The notes beneath the pieces were generated by a model. The model was not told the origin of the DNA. It did not search any database and saw only the letters and a program-made list of their open reading frames with translations. Both the position numbers and the translations under genes were made by a program. Below, in pieces: positions 26,381-36,142 of a stretch of DNA of 64,000 nucleotides. Positions within the stretch are counted from its first letter, which is position 1, and the number at the start of each line of letters is the position of its first letter. Origin of the DNA: Promethearchaeia archaeon (GTDB lineage: Archaea > Asgardarchaeota > Lokiarchaeia > Sigyniarchaeales > SOKP01); assembly GCA_029856125.1 (NCBI GenBank), contig JAHQWJ010000120.1, forward strand, positions 32,001 through 96,000, written 5' to 3'.

Positions 26381-28516
26381 CTATTTTTTGAGAATTGCGA
26401 TTATCGGCGATAAAGGAGAGATTTCTACCTTAAATTGATAGATGTTTTTTGAACTTTGAGTTAATTTTATAGTAGAAATCTTTTGATTTATCCCATTATA
26501 AATTTCTATAGTACTAACATCTAGACCATATTTTATAGGATCAAGTTGGATTTCTATTATTTGACTCCGACTACTCAAATTGTAGGCTGTAATAACTCCT
26601 AATTTGTCAATTTCATCCACGTGAAGGTGGATATTTTGGCTAATACCGTAAAATATTCCCCGCGTTAAGAAGGGTTTAATTGTTTTATAAAGGGCCATCG
26701 CCTCTTTTAATACCATATATTTTACACTTTTTCTATCACTCAATCCTCCAATTCCCAAATGTCTCGCAAGAGAAGCGTACCACCAGAATTGTAGCATATT
26801 CTTGTTATCACTATTTTCATTTATATGCAAGTATAAGGGAATAGAATAGGCTAAATTGTATTCAAAAAGCTGCGTTGCCCTACCGGACAATAAATCGTGC
26901 ATCGGATTCCACATACATTCAAAACCCCAATTTTCGTCAAAACTGTGCGGAAGATTGTGTTGGTAATATAAGGGATGGCGGGGCCTAACTCCTCTATCGT
27001 GTGCTTCTATAAGAATTTGGGGAAAATTTTTCTTTACATTTTGGATGACTTTGAAAATGTTTTCAGCATGTGTATTTCTTAGCATTGGAACCTTATGCCC
27101 GTGATCCTTACTGAAACAACCAATATTATCCACCATAAATGTTGATAAATCAGTAAAGTCAAACATGAAAAAGTCTATTCCCTCTTTTGCGAGTTCCAAT
27201 ACTCTAGGAGTCTTTTCCTCAACCCAATGATTATTAGCACATAAACTAAACAGGTTAATATAAGGATCTGCTACAACTTTTACTCCCGTTTTGCTTCTTA
27301 AGTAAAACTCGTCGGGTTCGTCTTCTCCCTCAAAATTCATCATTAGATGCAGTGCTAATTTTAATCCATATCTCTCGTGGATATTTTGTGAGAATTCCTT
27401 TAAAGGACCAAATCTTTCTTCGTTCCAAATGGAAGAGCCTAAAGCGATATTCCACCCCGGATCTAAATACAAGCATTCAGCGCCAATATCTCGAGCTATT
27501 TCGGCCTCTTCATATAATTGTTCTAAGGTATAAACTTCGAATTCTATGCCTTTCACAAAAAACCCTGTCTTCTCGGATACCCATCCTAAGTTGTACAACT
27601 CATTCCAATGAACTGGAGGATTGTAGTCAGGTTTAAATTTGTGCCCATGCTCCTCAAGATGACTTCTATAAAGATAATATCCCTCTTTATAATCTCCTTG
27701 GTATACAGCATATCTAGTAACCCCAAATGAGTAGCTATTTTCTGGTTCTAAGGTTGTAGCTAGCTCCGGATTGCCCTCATATAAGGAAACTCCTCCGAAC
27801 ACGATATCAACATCCTCAGCACCTCTTCCAGGCAATGTGGTTGGAAGTCTATGAAATCGAGAATATTCCATTTGAGACGGATTGTATTTGCATATGAGTA
27901 ACCCTCCCTGCTTATTGCCCCACAACCACCCTTCAGAACAAAATCCAGGCATTTCTGCTTGTTTTTCAACCCAGGCCCCCAACAATATATCATTAGCACT
28001 AAAACTCTCCTTTCTTCGATCTTCTCCATATCCAAAATATCTTCGAGTTGGAATAGCGGTTAAAGTATACTCGTCTAAATTATCGACCCATCCCACATAT
28101 TGCTTAAAAAATTCTTTCTTAAACCCTAAATTAATCAATCCTATTCTGACTTTTTTACTTCCACGATTAATTAATGTGATTTTTTCGTCTAACCACTTGC
28201 TTCCTTTTTCAAGTATAAATTCGTGAGTAATTGAGATATTTGTTTCTGCAAATTTTCCTTCTATAATTAATCTGTCAGTTCCTTCCATTCGAATTTTTCT
28301 TGAAGACAACTTTTTGGCCTTATACTCGGATCCTAAATGAACTAAATAAGCGTAACGAGATCCCTTTTTACTTGAGGTTAAAATTCTATAATGGTATTCT
28401 TCGTCAGCATAAACTTTATTATTAATTTTGCTATAAAGGGTATAGTTAAATCCTCGATCGCCCTTATTTTGAACTTTTAATTCCCAATTTTGGTTTTCTA
28501 AGGTGTAATCGGTCAT
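26381..28516 (-). CDS. Glycoside hydrolase, clan GH-D (GH36/GH27-like alpha-galactosidase fold)
   Basis: Beta-rich N-domain, PPVHWN, A..IGAE.LYLDPGW, WNEERF, GLKLALH, GIDFFMFDF (nucleophile region), C-terminal beta domain. Confidence 0.65.
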   Translation of the reverse strand: MTDYTLENQNWELKVQNKGDRGFNYTLYSKINNKVYADEEYHYRILTSSKKGSRYAYLVHLGSEYKAKKLSSRKIRMEGTDRLIIEGKFAETNISITHEFILEKGSKWLDEKITLINRGSKKVRIGLINLGFKKEFFKQYVGWVDNLDEYTLTAIPTRRYFGYGEDRRKESFSANDILLGAWVEKQAEMPGFCSEGWLWGNKQGGLLICKYNPSQMEYSRFHRLPTTLPGRGAEDVDIVFGGVSLYEGNPELATTLEPENSYSFGVTRYAVYQGDYKEGYYLYRSHLEEHGHKFKPDYNPPVHWNELYNLGWVSEKTGFFVKGIEFEVYTLEQLYEEAEIARDIGAECLYLDPGWNIALGSSIWNEERFGPLKEFSQNIHERYGLKLALHLMMNFEGEDEPDEFYLRSKTGVKVVADPYINLFSLCANNHWVEEKTPRVLELAKEGIDFFMFDFTDLSTFMVDNIGCFSKDHGHKVPMLRNTHAENIFKVIQNVKKNFPQILIEAHDRGVRPRHPLYYQHNLPHSFDENWGFECMWNPMHDLLSGRATQLFEYNLAYSIPLYLHINENSDNKNMLQFWWYASLARHLGIGGLSDRKSVKYMVLKEAMALYKTIKPFLTRGIFYGISQNIHLHVDEIDKLGVITAYNLSSRSQIIEIQLDPIKYGLDVSTIEIYNGINQKISTIKLTQSSKNIYQFKVEISPLSPIIAILKK

Positions 28517-28739
28517 TTCTTCTCCCTTAATTTTGTTGTTATTTATTGGAATGTTTATTGATTCTTAGAATTATTTATACTTATTACCATTTAGATGCTA
28601 ATATTGCTTCAAGTTTAGACTTTTAGTCATTTTTAGCATAAAAAGTTCAGTATATATATATATAAGAAAAGTTGATTAGTATTAATCAAAATTTTTTATA
28701 AGAAAAACAAATAAAAAAAAATCTAAAATTGGTGTATTT

Positions 28740-30185
28740 ATGACTGAAAATGTAGAAACAACTTCAAGACATTCTTTTTTTACTTTTCTATCTTTTGGTA
28801 CGTACAATATCCTATGGACAATTCCAACAGCAACAATGAGTCTTTTCATGTTTTTTTTCTATCATACAGTTGTAGGTCTTGAGGCAGGTTGGATATTGAC
28901 TGTCGTTGCTATAAACACAATATGGGCTGGTCTTAACGACCCTTTAATAGGGTGGCTAACCGATCGAAATTTTAAGTGGACAAGAAAATGGGGTCGACGC
29001 TTTCCGTGGATAGCAATCGCTTTTATTCCGGAAGCGTTATCTCTAATCATGATATTTTCTCCTCCAGATCTACCGAAGAATATCGATGGTGTGCTGATAA
29101 ATCCTTTACCTGTGATGCTTTGGCTTTTGCTCTCTCTGTTCATATTTGATTTATTTGCTACGCTTGTTGATGTCCATACAGCTATCCTTCGTACAGATAA
29201 ATTTCGAACAGAAGCAGAAAGGAGGAAAGGTGCAGGATCCTGGGGTTTCTTTGACATGATCGCGCAAGTCCTTGGAATGATGATCCCACCACTTCTTATC
29301 TTTTTTGGAGCAACAATTTTATCCTACGCCGTTATGGCAGCAATTATTGCTTTAATAGCGATAATCTTTGGTATATTATTCGTTTTGAAGGGTGCTCGAG
29401 AGGATAAGATCATTATTGATCGATATTATTCTAGAGATTATGAACGACTGCATGTACTTAAAGGTGTATGGCAAGTAATTAAGCAGAAAAGTTTTATGGC
29501 TCTCTTTATTCATTATGTTCTATGGCTCGCGGCTACTGCCTCGCTAATGACTGGAATGATAGCGTACTTAGTAACATTTATCTTTCAATCTACTGATCCG
29601 GATGCAATGATTCCATTTCTCGCACTTTTTCTCTTGGGATCATTAATTTCTATTCCAGTTTGGCTCAAAATTCTTAAGAAAATGAATAACAATAAAAAAA
29701 CCTATCTTATCGGTAGTCTTTTATTAGTTATACTTACTGTGCCGATGACCTTTTTCCAAGGCGATATTTCTTTAATGATTATCATATTTTTGGTGGGTTT
29801 TGGAAATGGATGCGTGTGGACTATTGGGATGCCTGTATTATATTCGAACGCACAAGATGATTTTGTTGTGCGTACTGGGAAGAACCAGAAAGGTATTATG
29901 GTTGGTACTTGGGCGGTAATAGGACTCGTTACAGCCTTTATTGACGAAGCATTAATAGCATTGGTTTTTTTTATTACCGGATTTAATGCAGGACTAAAAG
30001 ATTATGCCGCTTTAGTTGCTTCTGGAGCAGATGTAGTACTTGTTCAATGGGGAATTCGTTTCCTACTAGGAGTTATCCCTGCGTTACTCATCTTAGCGGG
30101 CACATTGATCTTTTGGAAATTCTATCCACTTACGCAAGAAAAAGTTATGGAAAACAAAGCTAAGCTACTTGAACTTGGCTTTTAA
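28740..30185 (+). CDS. GPH-family (MelB-like) glycoside:cation symporter
   Basis: NDPLIGWLTDR....RKWGRRFPW; C-terminal IR.L.G.IP...FWKFYPLT. Confidence 0.9.
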   Translation: MTENVETTSRHSFFTFLSFGTYNILWTIPTATMSLFMFFFYHTVVGLEAGWILTVVAINTIWAGLNDPLIGWLTDRNFKWTRKWGRRFPWIAIAFIPEALSLIMIFSPPDLPKNIDGVLINPLPVMLWLLLSLFIFDLFATLVDVHTAILRTDKFRTEAERRKGAGSWGFFDMIAQVLGMMIPPLLIFFGATILSYAVMAAIIALIAIIFGILFVLKGAREDKIIIDRYYSRDYERLHVLKGVWQVIKQKSFMALFIHYVLWLAATASLMTGMIAYLVTFIFQSTDPDAMIPFLALFLLGSLISIPVWLKILKKMNNNKKTYLIGSLLLVILTVPMTFFQGDISLMIIIFLVGFGNGCVWTIGMPVLYSNAQDDFVVRTGKNQKGIMVGTWAVIGLVTAFIDEALIALVFFITGFNAGLKDYAALVASGADVVLVQWGIRFLLGVIPALLILAGTLIFWKFYPLTQEKVMENKAKLLELGF

Positions 30186-30189
30186 ACTA

Positions 30190-30205
30190 TTTTTTTTATT
30201 TTTTT
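30190..30205 (+). terminator. Oligo-T terminator candidate
   Basis: ttttttttattttttt just after the transporter stop, between convergent genes. Confidence 0.45.
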
Positions 30206-30238
30206 ATTAGATTTTGTTTTCGAAATCCCATTTCATAA

Positions 30239-31366
30239 CTATAATGGATATTCCCCGTATTTCTTTGCAGCCGAGATCATCGTTAATACATTCTCTAGTT
30301 TGCATGAATTGGTAATATCTGTGCAAGCACTTAACATGTATCCCCCGCCTTTACCCGCGTCACTAATGCATTTTTTCACCGCATTTACAACTTCATCTTT
30401 TGTACCGTAAGGCAATAACTGAGAAACATCAATATTTCCTATTAAGCATAACTTATCTCCATATACTTCCTTTAAGTGTTTCAAATTCATACCAGCCATC
30501 GGTTCTAAAGATTCAACTGCGCTGAATCCTGCCTCGACCAGCCCATCAAAATATGGTTCCGTGAAACCATCTGAGTGAAAGCACACGTATTTGCCCGCTT
30601 TCCTTAAAATCTGGACGGCTTGCTTATAAGCGGGAATAATGAGTTCTCGATGGTATTTTGGGTTTAGCATTGTCGTATTTTTCAAAGCAGTATCATCACA
30701 CATAAAAAAAACATCAAAATCTGTTTCGGCGTTCAATTTAGCAGCTGTAATTAATTTTTTAGTCCTTAGCTCGATATAATGCTTAATTTTACTTCTTTTT
30801 TTCCGTATCAACTTGATTAATAGTCCCAACCCTAATCCCTGCCATAGAGGTTCTAAAATTGGCTCAATATGGCAACAAGGTACGAAATCTTCTGTTGGGA
30901 ATTTTCTTAATCGTTTATTAATGTTTTTAGCGAAATCTGGAGCTTCTTCCCATTCAATGGCGAAATATGTATCGTGAAAATAATCTGCTTTTTCTTCAGT
31001 GTCGATGTAATTTCTCAAATAATAAGCTATACCCATATCGTCATTATCCTGCTTTAAAAAAATTCTTCCATTGTAATCAATAAATTTATTATTATCCGGT
31101 AATTTCGGTAAAGGAAATTCTTGCATATGCTTCTGTGAAATAAATGTTGGAAAAGAATCAAAATTCCATGCCATATCAAAACCAAGTTTATACTCTAAAT
31201 TAAAATCTCGATAAGATAGCTTAAATTTCCTATCCCTTGTATATGAATCCCCCCAAAAATTCAGGAGTTCTCGCTGAAATCCTGGCATTATAATTTGACA
31301 AAAAAGTGGTATCCGATCAGGTTCTTCATGATTTAACGCTTGTATTACTCTTTTCCGAGCGCTCAT
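30239..31366 (-). CDS. UroD/MtaA-like protein
   Basis: RKRV..ALNHEEPDRIP, CDD.A, FHSDG, GNID, GGGYMLSAC. Confidence 0.88.
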   Translation of the reverse strand: MSARKRVIQALNHEEPDRIPLFCQIIMPGFQRELLNFWGDSYTRDRKFKLSYRDFNLEYKLGFDMAWNFDSFPTFISQKHMQEFPLPKLPDNNKFIDYNGRIFLKQDNDDMGIAYYLRNYIDTEEKADYFHDTYFAIEWEEAPDFAKNINKRLRKFPTEDFVPCCHIEPILEPLWQGLGLGLLIKLIRKKRSKIKHYIELRTKKLITAAKLNAETDFDVFFMCDDTALKNTTMLNPKYHRELIIPAYKQAVQILRKAGKYVCFHSDGFTEPYFDGLVEAGFSAVESLEPMAGMNLKHLKEVYGDKLCLIGNIDVSQLLPYGTKDEVVNAVKKCISDAGKGGGYMLSACTDITNSCKLENVLTMISAAKKYGEYPL

Positions 31367-31466
31367 TATTCTTAACTCTCAACAATTCTAAAATGGCATA
31401 GATGGTAAAAGAACAAAATTTTTCCCCTAAATTAAATTTATCAATCTTCTAAATCTAATAAATTAC

Positions 31467-32237
31467 ATGGTAGTATTAATTGAGAAAAAATACCCCGTCT
31501 TTACAATTATTGTTGACAATCCTGAAGCTAAGAATGCCGTTGATGGACCTACTGCTCACGAGTTAAGCCAAGCATTTAGAAATTTTGAAAACGACGATAA
31601 AGCTTTAGTGGCTGTTTTATGGGGTGCGAATGGTACATTTTGTTCTGGTGCCGATTTAAAGGCGATAGCAACTGGTCGAGGAAATAGAATAAAAGAAAAA
31701 GGTGACGGTCCCATGGGACCAACGAGAATGCGTTTAAACAAACCTGTTATCGCAGCTATAGCAGGTTTTGCCGTTGCTGGCGGTTTAGAGCTTGCTTTAT
31801 GGTGTGATATGCGCGTTGTTGAGAAAGATGCAATTTTTGGCGTGTTTTGTCGTAGGTTTGGAGTACCACTCGTGGATGGGGGGACAGTACGATTACCAAG
31901 GCTTATTGGCTTAAGTCGTGCTTTAGATATGATTTTAACGGGGCGACCAGTAAATGCTGAAGAAGCTTTAACTTGGGGGTTAGCGAATCGAGTAGTAGAT
32001 AATGGCCAAGCAAGGATAGAAGCAGAAAATTTAGCACGGGAAATTGCTGCCTTTCCTCAGAATTGCATGAGAAATGACCGTCTTTCAGTTTATAGTCAAA
32101 TGGGGCTAAGTATTGATAACGCGATGATAAAAGAATTTGAACTCGGTTTAAAAACGCTTGAAAGCGGAGAATATTTGGAGGGAAGCAAAACATTTATGGA
32201 AGGGAAAGGGAAGCACGGTAATTTTAATAATACATGA
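31467..32237 (+). CDS. Crotonase/enoyl-CoA hydratase-family protein
   Basis: FCSGADL, KPVIAAI.G.AVAGGLELAL.CD, DGGTVRLPRLIG. Confidence 0.92.
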   Translation: MVVLIEKKYPVFTIIVDNPEAKNAVDGPTAHELSQAFRNFENDDKALVAVLWGANGTFCSGADLKAIATGRGNRIKEKGDGPMGPTRMRLNKPVIAAIAGFAVAGGLELALWCDMRVVEKDAIFGVFCRRFGVPLVDGGTVRLPRLIGLSRALDMILTGRPVNAEEALTWGLANRVVDNGQARIEAENLAREIAAFPQNCMRNDRLSVYSQMGLSIDNAMIKEFELGLKTLESGEYLEGSKTFMEGKGKHGNFNNT

Positions 32238-32267
32238 ACATAATTTTATACTTAAAAAGGAGATATT

Positions 32268-32687
32268 ATGATTTTATTTGAAGAATTTAGAGTAAACACA
32301 CATGAAAGAGAAGTATTACTTGAAATTACAAATGAAATTACACAAATTGTAAAAAATTCGAATATCAACAAAGGCACCTGTAGCGTATTCGTGCCTCACA
32401 CTACTGCGGGAATAACTATAAACGAAAACGCAGATCGATCCGTAATGAAAGATGTTGCGAATTATCTAAATAAGTTAATTCCTAAAGGTGGAGGGTTAGG
32501 GTACTCTTTTAAGCACGGTGAAGGGAATTCTGATGCTCATATTAAATGTTCGTTAACGGGAAATTCTATAGATGTATTAATTCACGATGGGAAATTAATG
32601 CTGGGAACTTGGCAGGGAATCATGTTTGCAGAGTATGATGGTCCAAAAAATAGAAAAGTGTTTGTCCAAATTACGGGAGAATTTTGA
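32268..32687 (+). CDS. yjbQ: YjbQ/UPF0047 family protein
   Basis: HTTAGITINEN.D, H.EGNSDAHIK, LGTWQGI...EYDG. Confidence 0.92.
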   Translation: MILFEEFRVNTHEREVLLEITNEITQIVKNSNINKGTCSVFVPHTTAGITINENADRSVMKDVANYLNKLIPKGGGLGYSFKHGEGNSDAHIKCSLTGNSIDVLIHDGKLMLGTWQGIMFAEYDGPKNRKVFVQITGEF

Positions 32688-32691
32688 ATTA

Positions 32692-33864
32692 TTAGTATTT
32701 CTTATCTACTAAAAATTTAGTTACAATAAGAGATATAATCATCAAACCAAAAACAACATAAAAGGGAAACAATATTTCTATTTCACCTAAAGGGCTCATG
32801 ATCATTGGAGCAATTGCGCTACAGAAAAGCCCGATCGCATTATTGAATCCGATCCCCGAACCCTTTAACTTAGGTTGAATATCTTCAATTACTTCTAATA
32901 ATAGAGTAATGCCAGCGGGATCAAACAACGCTATGCCTATTGCCAAAAATGAAACAACAATAAAAAATACGGGTAGGTTCATAGCAAAATCTCCAAAAAA
33001 GAAAGAAATTCCGAACACCATAACAATTATTTGTCCTACCATCATCAATTTTCGAGGACCATATCGATTTAATAACTTGCTGGCTATAAAAATAAAAACA
33101 ACATAAATAGCCATAACAACCAGCATTAAATAACTTGAAGTGAATTCGTCCAATCCAAAACCTTTTACGTTGTCTTGTAAAACCCATATCAAATAAGCAG
33201 TAATAAAGCCAAATAAAAACCACCTCATACTATTTAATATTAGCGTAAAGATATATTGACGCTCTTTTAGGAGAATTTTTATATTTGCTATGTTGAATTC
33301 CATATTTTTATCTTGATTCTCACTCTTCTCTGTTTTATTATCGTCTTTCAGAACGAAAAAAATAAACACTATACTAAAGATTATTAAGAATCCTGATATA
33401 AGGAAAATGCTCCTAAACTCAAAGAAACTCGCAACAAAACCCCCTATTATGAATCCAAGAAAGAATCCCACATTCATGTATAATGAATAATAACCCATTC
33501 CCTTACCATGTTGATCCTTTTTGTAGATATCGCCAATAATTGCTTGTAAAATTGAAGTATAAGCCCCTGCTCCTTGGATTGCTCTGTAGATGGTCAATTG
33601 GATTACATCCTGAGCTGTAAAACATAAAAATGTTCCTATTAGATATATAAACATTCCGAATAGGACTACTTTTCGCCGTCCTATTTTATCTGACACTGCT
33701 GCATAAGGAAATTGTAAAATACTTTGAGTCACGGAAAAAATGCCGACTATTATTCCATAAGAAGTTAGAGAACCGCCAAGACTCCCAACAAATGAAGGCA
33801 AACCAATTTGGACAATGCTCAATCCCATACTTCTGAACGCTGTTGACATTAGAACTACGATCAA
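32692..33864 (-). CDS. MFS transporter (true start possibly ATT at 33906)
   Basis: SDKIGRRK motif A, RAIQGAG, about 12 TM segments. Confidence 0.9.
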   Translation of the reverse strand: MIVVLMSTAFRSMGLSIVQIGLPSFVGSLGGSLTSYGIIVGIFSVTQSILQFPYAAVSDKIGRRKVVLFGMFIYLIGTFLCFTAQDVIQLTIYRAIQGAGAYTSILQAIIGDIYKKDQHGKGMGYYSLYMNVGFFLGFIIGGFVASFFEFRSIFLISGFLIIFSIVFIFFVLKDDNKTEKSENQDKNMEFNIANIKILLKERQYIFTLILNSMRWFLFGFITAYLIWVLQDNVKGFGLDEFTSSYLMLVVMAIYVVFIFIASKLLNRYGPRKLMMVGQIIVMVFGISFFFGDFAMNLPVFFIVVSFLAIGIALFDPAGITLLLEVIEDIQPKLKGSGIGFNNAIGLFCSAIAPMIMSPLGEIEILFPFYVVFGLMIISLIVTKFLVDKKY

Positions 33865-34039
33865 TAAAATTCTTGTATGTTTACCAAATCCTTCGCCTAA
33901 AGAAATTTTAAGTCTCCTCTCGTATTATCGCAATTTAGTAATGAAATTCTGTAACCAATATAAATTTATTTTTCCTAACGTTTTGGAGTATGAACATCAC
34001 GTTCAATTAAAAAATTAAAATAAGTAAGGGATATTTTTC

Positions 34040-35113
34040 ATGAAAATCGGAATGAATTCTTTAGCAAATTTAGCTCAAATAAGAAAGGATGTAAAAAGGA
34101 AACGAGTTTCAAGTTATGATAAAACTGGGGCTAATATGGATAATGTTCTATTAAATCCTAATGAAACCTATCAAATCTGCGACATAACGGGGGCTGGTAT
34201 TATCAAGCATATTTGGATGACCATTGCTTCTTCTGACCCTAACTATTTACGTAAGTTGGTTCTGAGGATGTGGTGGGATAACGAGAGCGAACCTTCTGTT
34301 GAGGTCCCGATAGGAGATTTTTTTGGAGTTGGTCATGGTAAGACGGTAAATTTTTGGAGTCTTCCTTTCTCTAACGGTCCAGAGGATGGTAAGGGCTTTA
34401 ATTGTTTTTTTCCAATGCCTTTTTCCTCTCGAGCAAAGATCGAAGTAGAAAACCAATCAGATCTTACTGCCGTTATATATTTTTATATAGATTACGAAGA
34501 ATATAGCACTATATCAAGCGATCTCGGGAGATTTCATGCTTTCTGGAATCGGCAAAACCCATGTGATGGAAAACCCTACGGGACGGGAAAAAAAGTAGAG
34601 CGTTTTATTACCAAAAATCCTACACACAAGGGTGATTACTTAATTCTTGACGCAGAAGGAGAAGGACACTTTGTTGGATGCCATTTAAATATTCACAATC
34701 TAATGACCCCAGAAAATACGACAAAGAACGATCATTGGTGGCCTGGAGAAGGTGACGATTATATTACTATTGATGACGGAGAAACAATATTATATGGAAC
34801 TGGAACAGAAGATTATTTCTGTGGCGCTTGGTGCCCTTCCCAATTCTATTGTTCCCCATATTTTGGAGTAACGATGCCTGGTGGAGGTAAATGGAGTGGT
34901 AAGATATCTTATTATCGATATCACATTGAAGATCCAATATATTTCCATAAAAATATAAACATGAAAATAGAACACGGCCATGCAAACCAACGATCCGACG
35001 ATTTTTCCTCAACCGCATATTGGTATCAAGCAGAACCGCATAAGAAGCAAGAATTTCTTCCAATGGAAGAACGGTTACCACGAGAAGAACCTAAAGAAAT
35101 TGGGAAATTTTAA
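34040..35113 (+). CDS. DUF2961 / glycoside hydrolase family 172 protein
   Basis: SSYD.TG.N.D, G.G.I.HIW.T, PSVEVPIGDFFG, NCFFPMPF, GEGD, GTGTEDYF, YRYHIEDPI.F, EHGHAN, SSTAYWYQ. Confidence 0.92.
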   Translation: MKIGMNSLANLAQIRKDVKRKRVSSYDKTGANMDNVLLNPNETYQICDITGAGIIKHIWMTIASSDPNYLRKLVLRMWWDNESEPSVEVPIGDFFGVGHGKTVNFWSLPFSNGPEDGKGFNCFFPMPFSSRAKIEVENQSDLTAVIYFYIDYEEYSTISSDLGRFHAFWNRQNPCDGKPYGTGKKVERFITKNPTHKGDYLILDAEGEGHFVGCHLNIHNLMTPENTTKNDHWWPGEGDDYITIDDGETILYGTGTEDYFCGAWCPSQFYCSPYFGVTMPGGGKWSGKISYYRYHIEDPIYFHKNINMKIEHGHANQRSDDFSSTAYWYQAEPHKKQEFLPMEERLPREEPKEIGKF

Positions 35114-35183
35114 TTATAGCTATTTGTCTGCATTTTTCGAGGAATATGCTAAGACTTAATACTGCTATTTTTTTTTTAAACAT

Positions 35184-36101
35184 ATGAGATTTGGTTATTG
35201 TGTAAGAAATCCTTCAAATCGTACTTACAATGAAATTAGAGATTTAACAGTAAAAATCGAAGAGTTAGGCTTTGAATCTGTCCATATTACTGATCATTTA
35301 CTAGGTTTTGATGTCACTCAAGAAAAAAAAGAAACCTTTTTAGAGGCTACTACACTTTTAGCTGCTCTAGCAATAGAAACAGACAAAATAAAGTTAGGCC
35401 ATATTGTTTTGTGCAACTCTTTTCGTAATCCAACTCTTTTGGCCAAAATAATATTAACATTGGATCATATTTCTAATGGCCGTATTCTAATGTGGTTAGG
35501 AGCAGGTTGGTATAAAGAAGAATATGATGCATATGGTTACCCTTTTCCATCCCCGAAAAGAAGAGTTGATGAGCTAGAGGAATCACTGACTATCTATAAG
35601 AAGATATTTACTGAAGATGTGTCTAATTTTGAAGGAAAATTCTGGAAACTTGTGAACCATAGGAGTTTTCCTAAATCTATTCAGAAACCTTACCCGCAGA
35701 TTGTTATAGGAACAAACGGAAAGAGGATGATCGATATTGCTTGTAGAGACGCAGACGGAATAAACCTACCTTACCTCGATAGTCAAAACCAAAAATTATT
35801 GGAAGAAAGTCTTTCAATAATTAATGAAAAATTAAAGAAATACGACCGTAATTCTTCGGAATTTGAAATCTCCCTATTCACTAATGTAACAATAGTAGAC
35901 AGTCAAGAAAGGCTTGAACAGGTTAGAAAAGAAAGGAGAATCTTAAAATCCAATTTGAAATACCTATTCATGGGTACCTATGAAGAAATTAAAAATAAAA
36001 TAAAGGAATTTGAAAATCTAGGCATTGCTAAAATGATTGTTGTAGTAGATAGTCCTGATATTGAGGATCTTCTTGATTTTTTTAAGAAAAAAATAATGTG
36101 A
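35184..36101 (+). CDS. LLM-class (probably F420-dependent) oxidoreductase
   Basis: E..GF.S....DH, RNP.LLAK...TLD.ISNGR....LGAGW..EEY..YG. Confidence 0.9.
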   Translation: MRFGYCVRNPSNRTYNEIRDLTVKIEELGFESVHITDHLLGFDVTQEKKETFLEATTLLAALAIETDKIKLGHIVLCNSFRNPTLLAKIILTLDHISNGRILMWLGAGWYKEEYDAYGYPFPSPKRRVDELEESLTIYKKIFTEDVSNFEGKFWKLVNHRSFPKSIQKPYPQIVIGTNGKRMIDIACRDADGINLPYLDSQNQKLLEESLSIINEKLKKYDRNSSEFEISLFTNVTIVDSQERLEQVRKERRILKSNLKYLFMGTYEEIKNKIKEFENLGIAKMIVVVDSPDIEDLLDFFKKKIM

Positions 36102-36142
36102 GTTTAAATATTGTTGTAATGAAACAAATTAAAGAATAAAAT

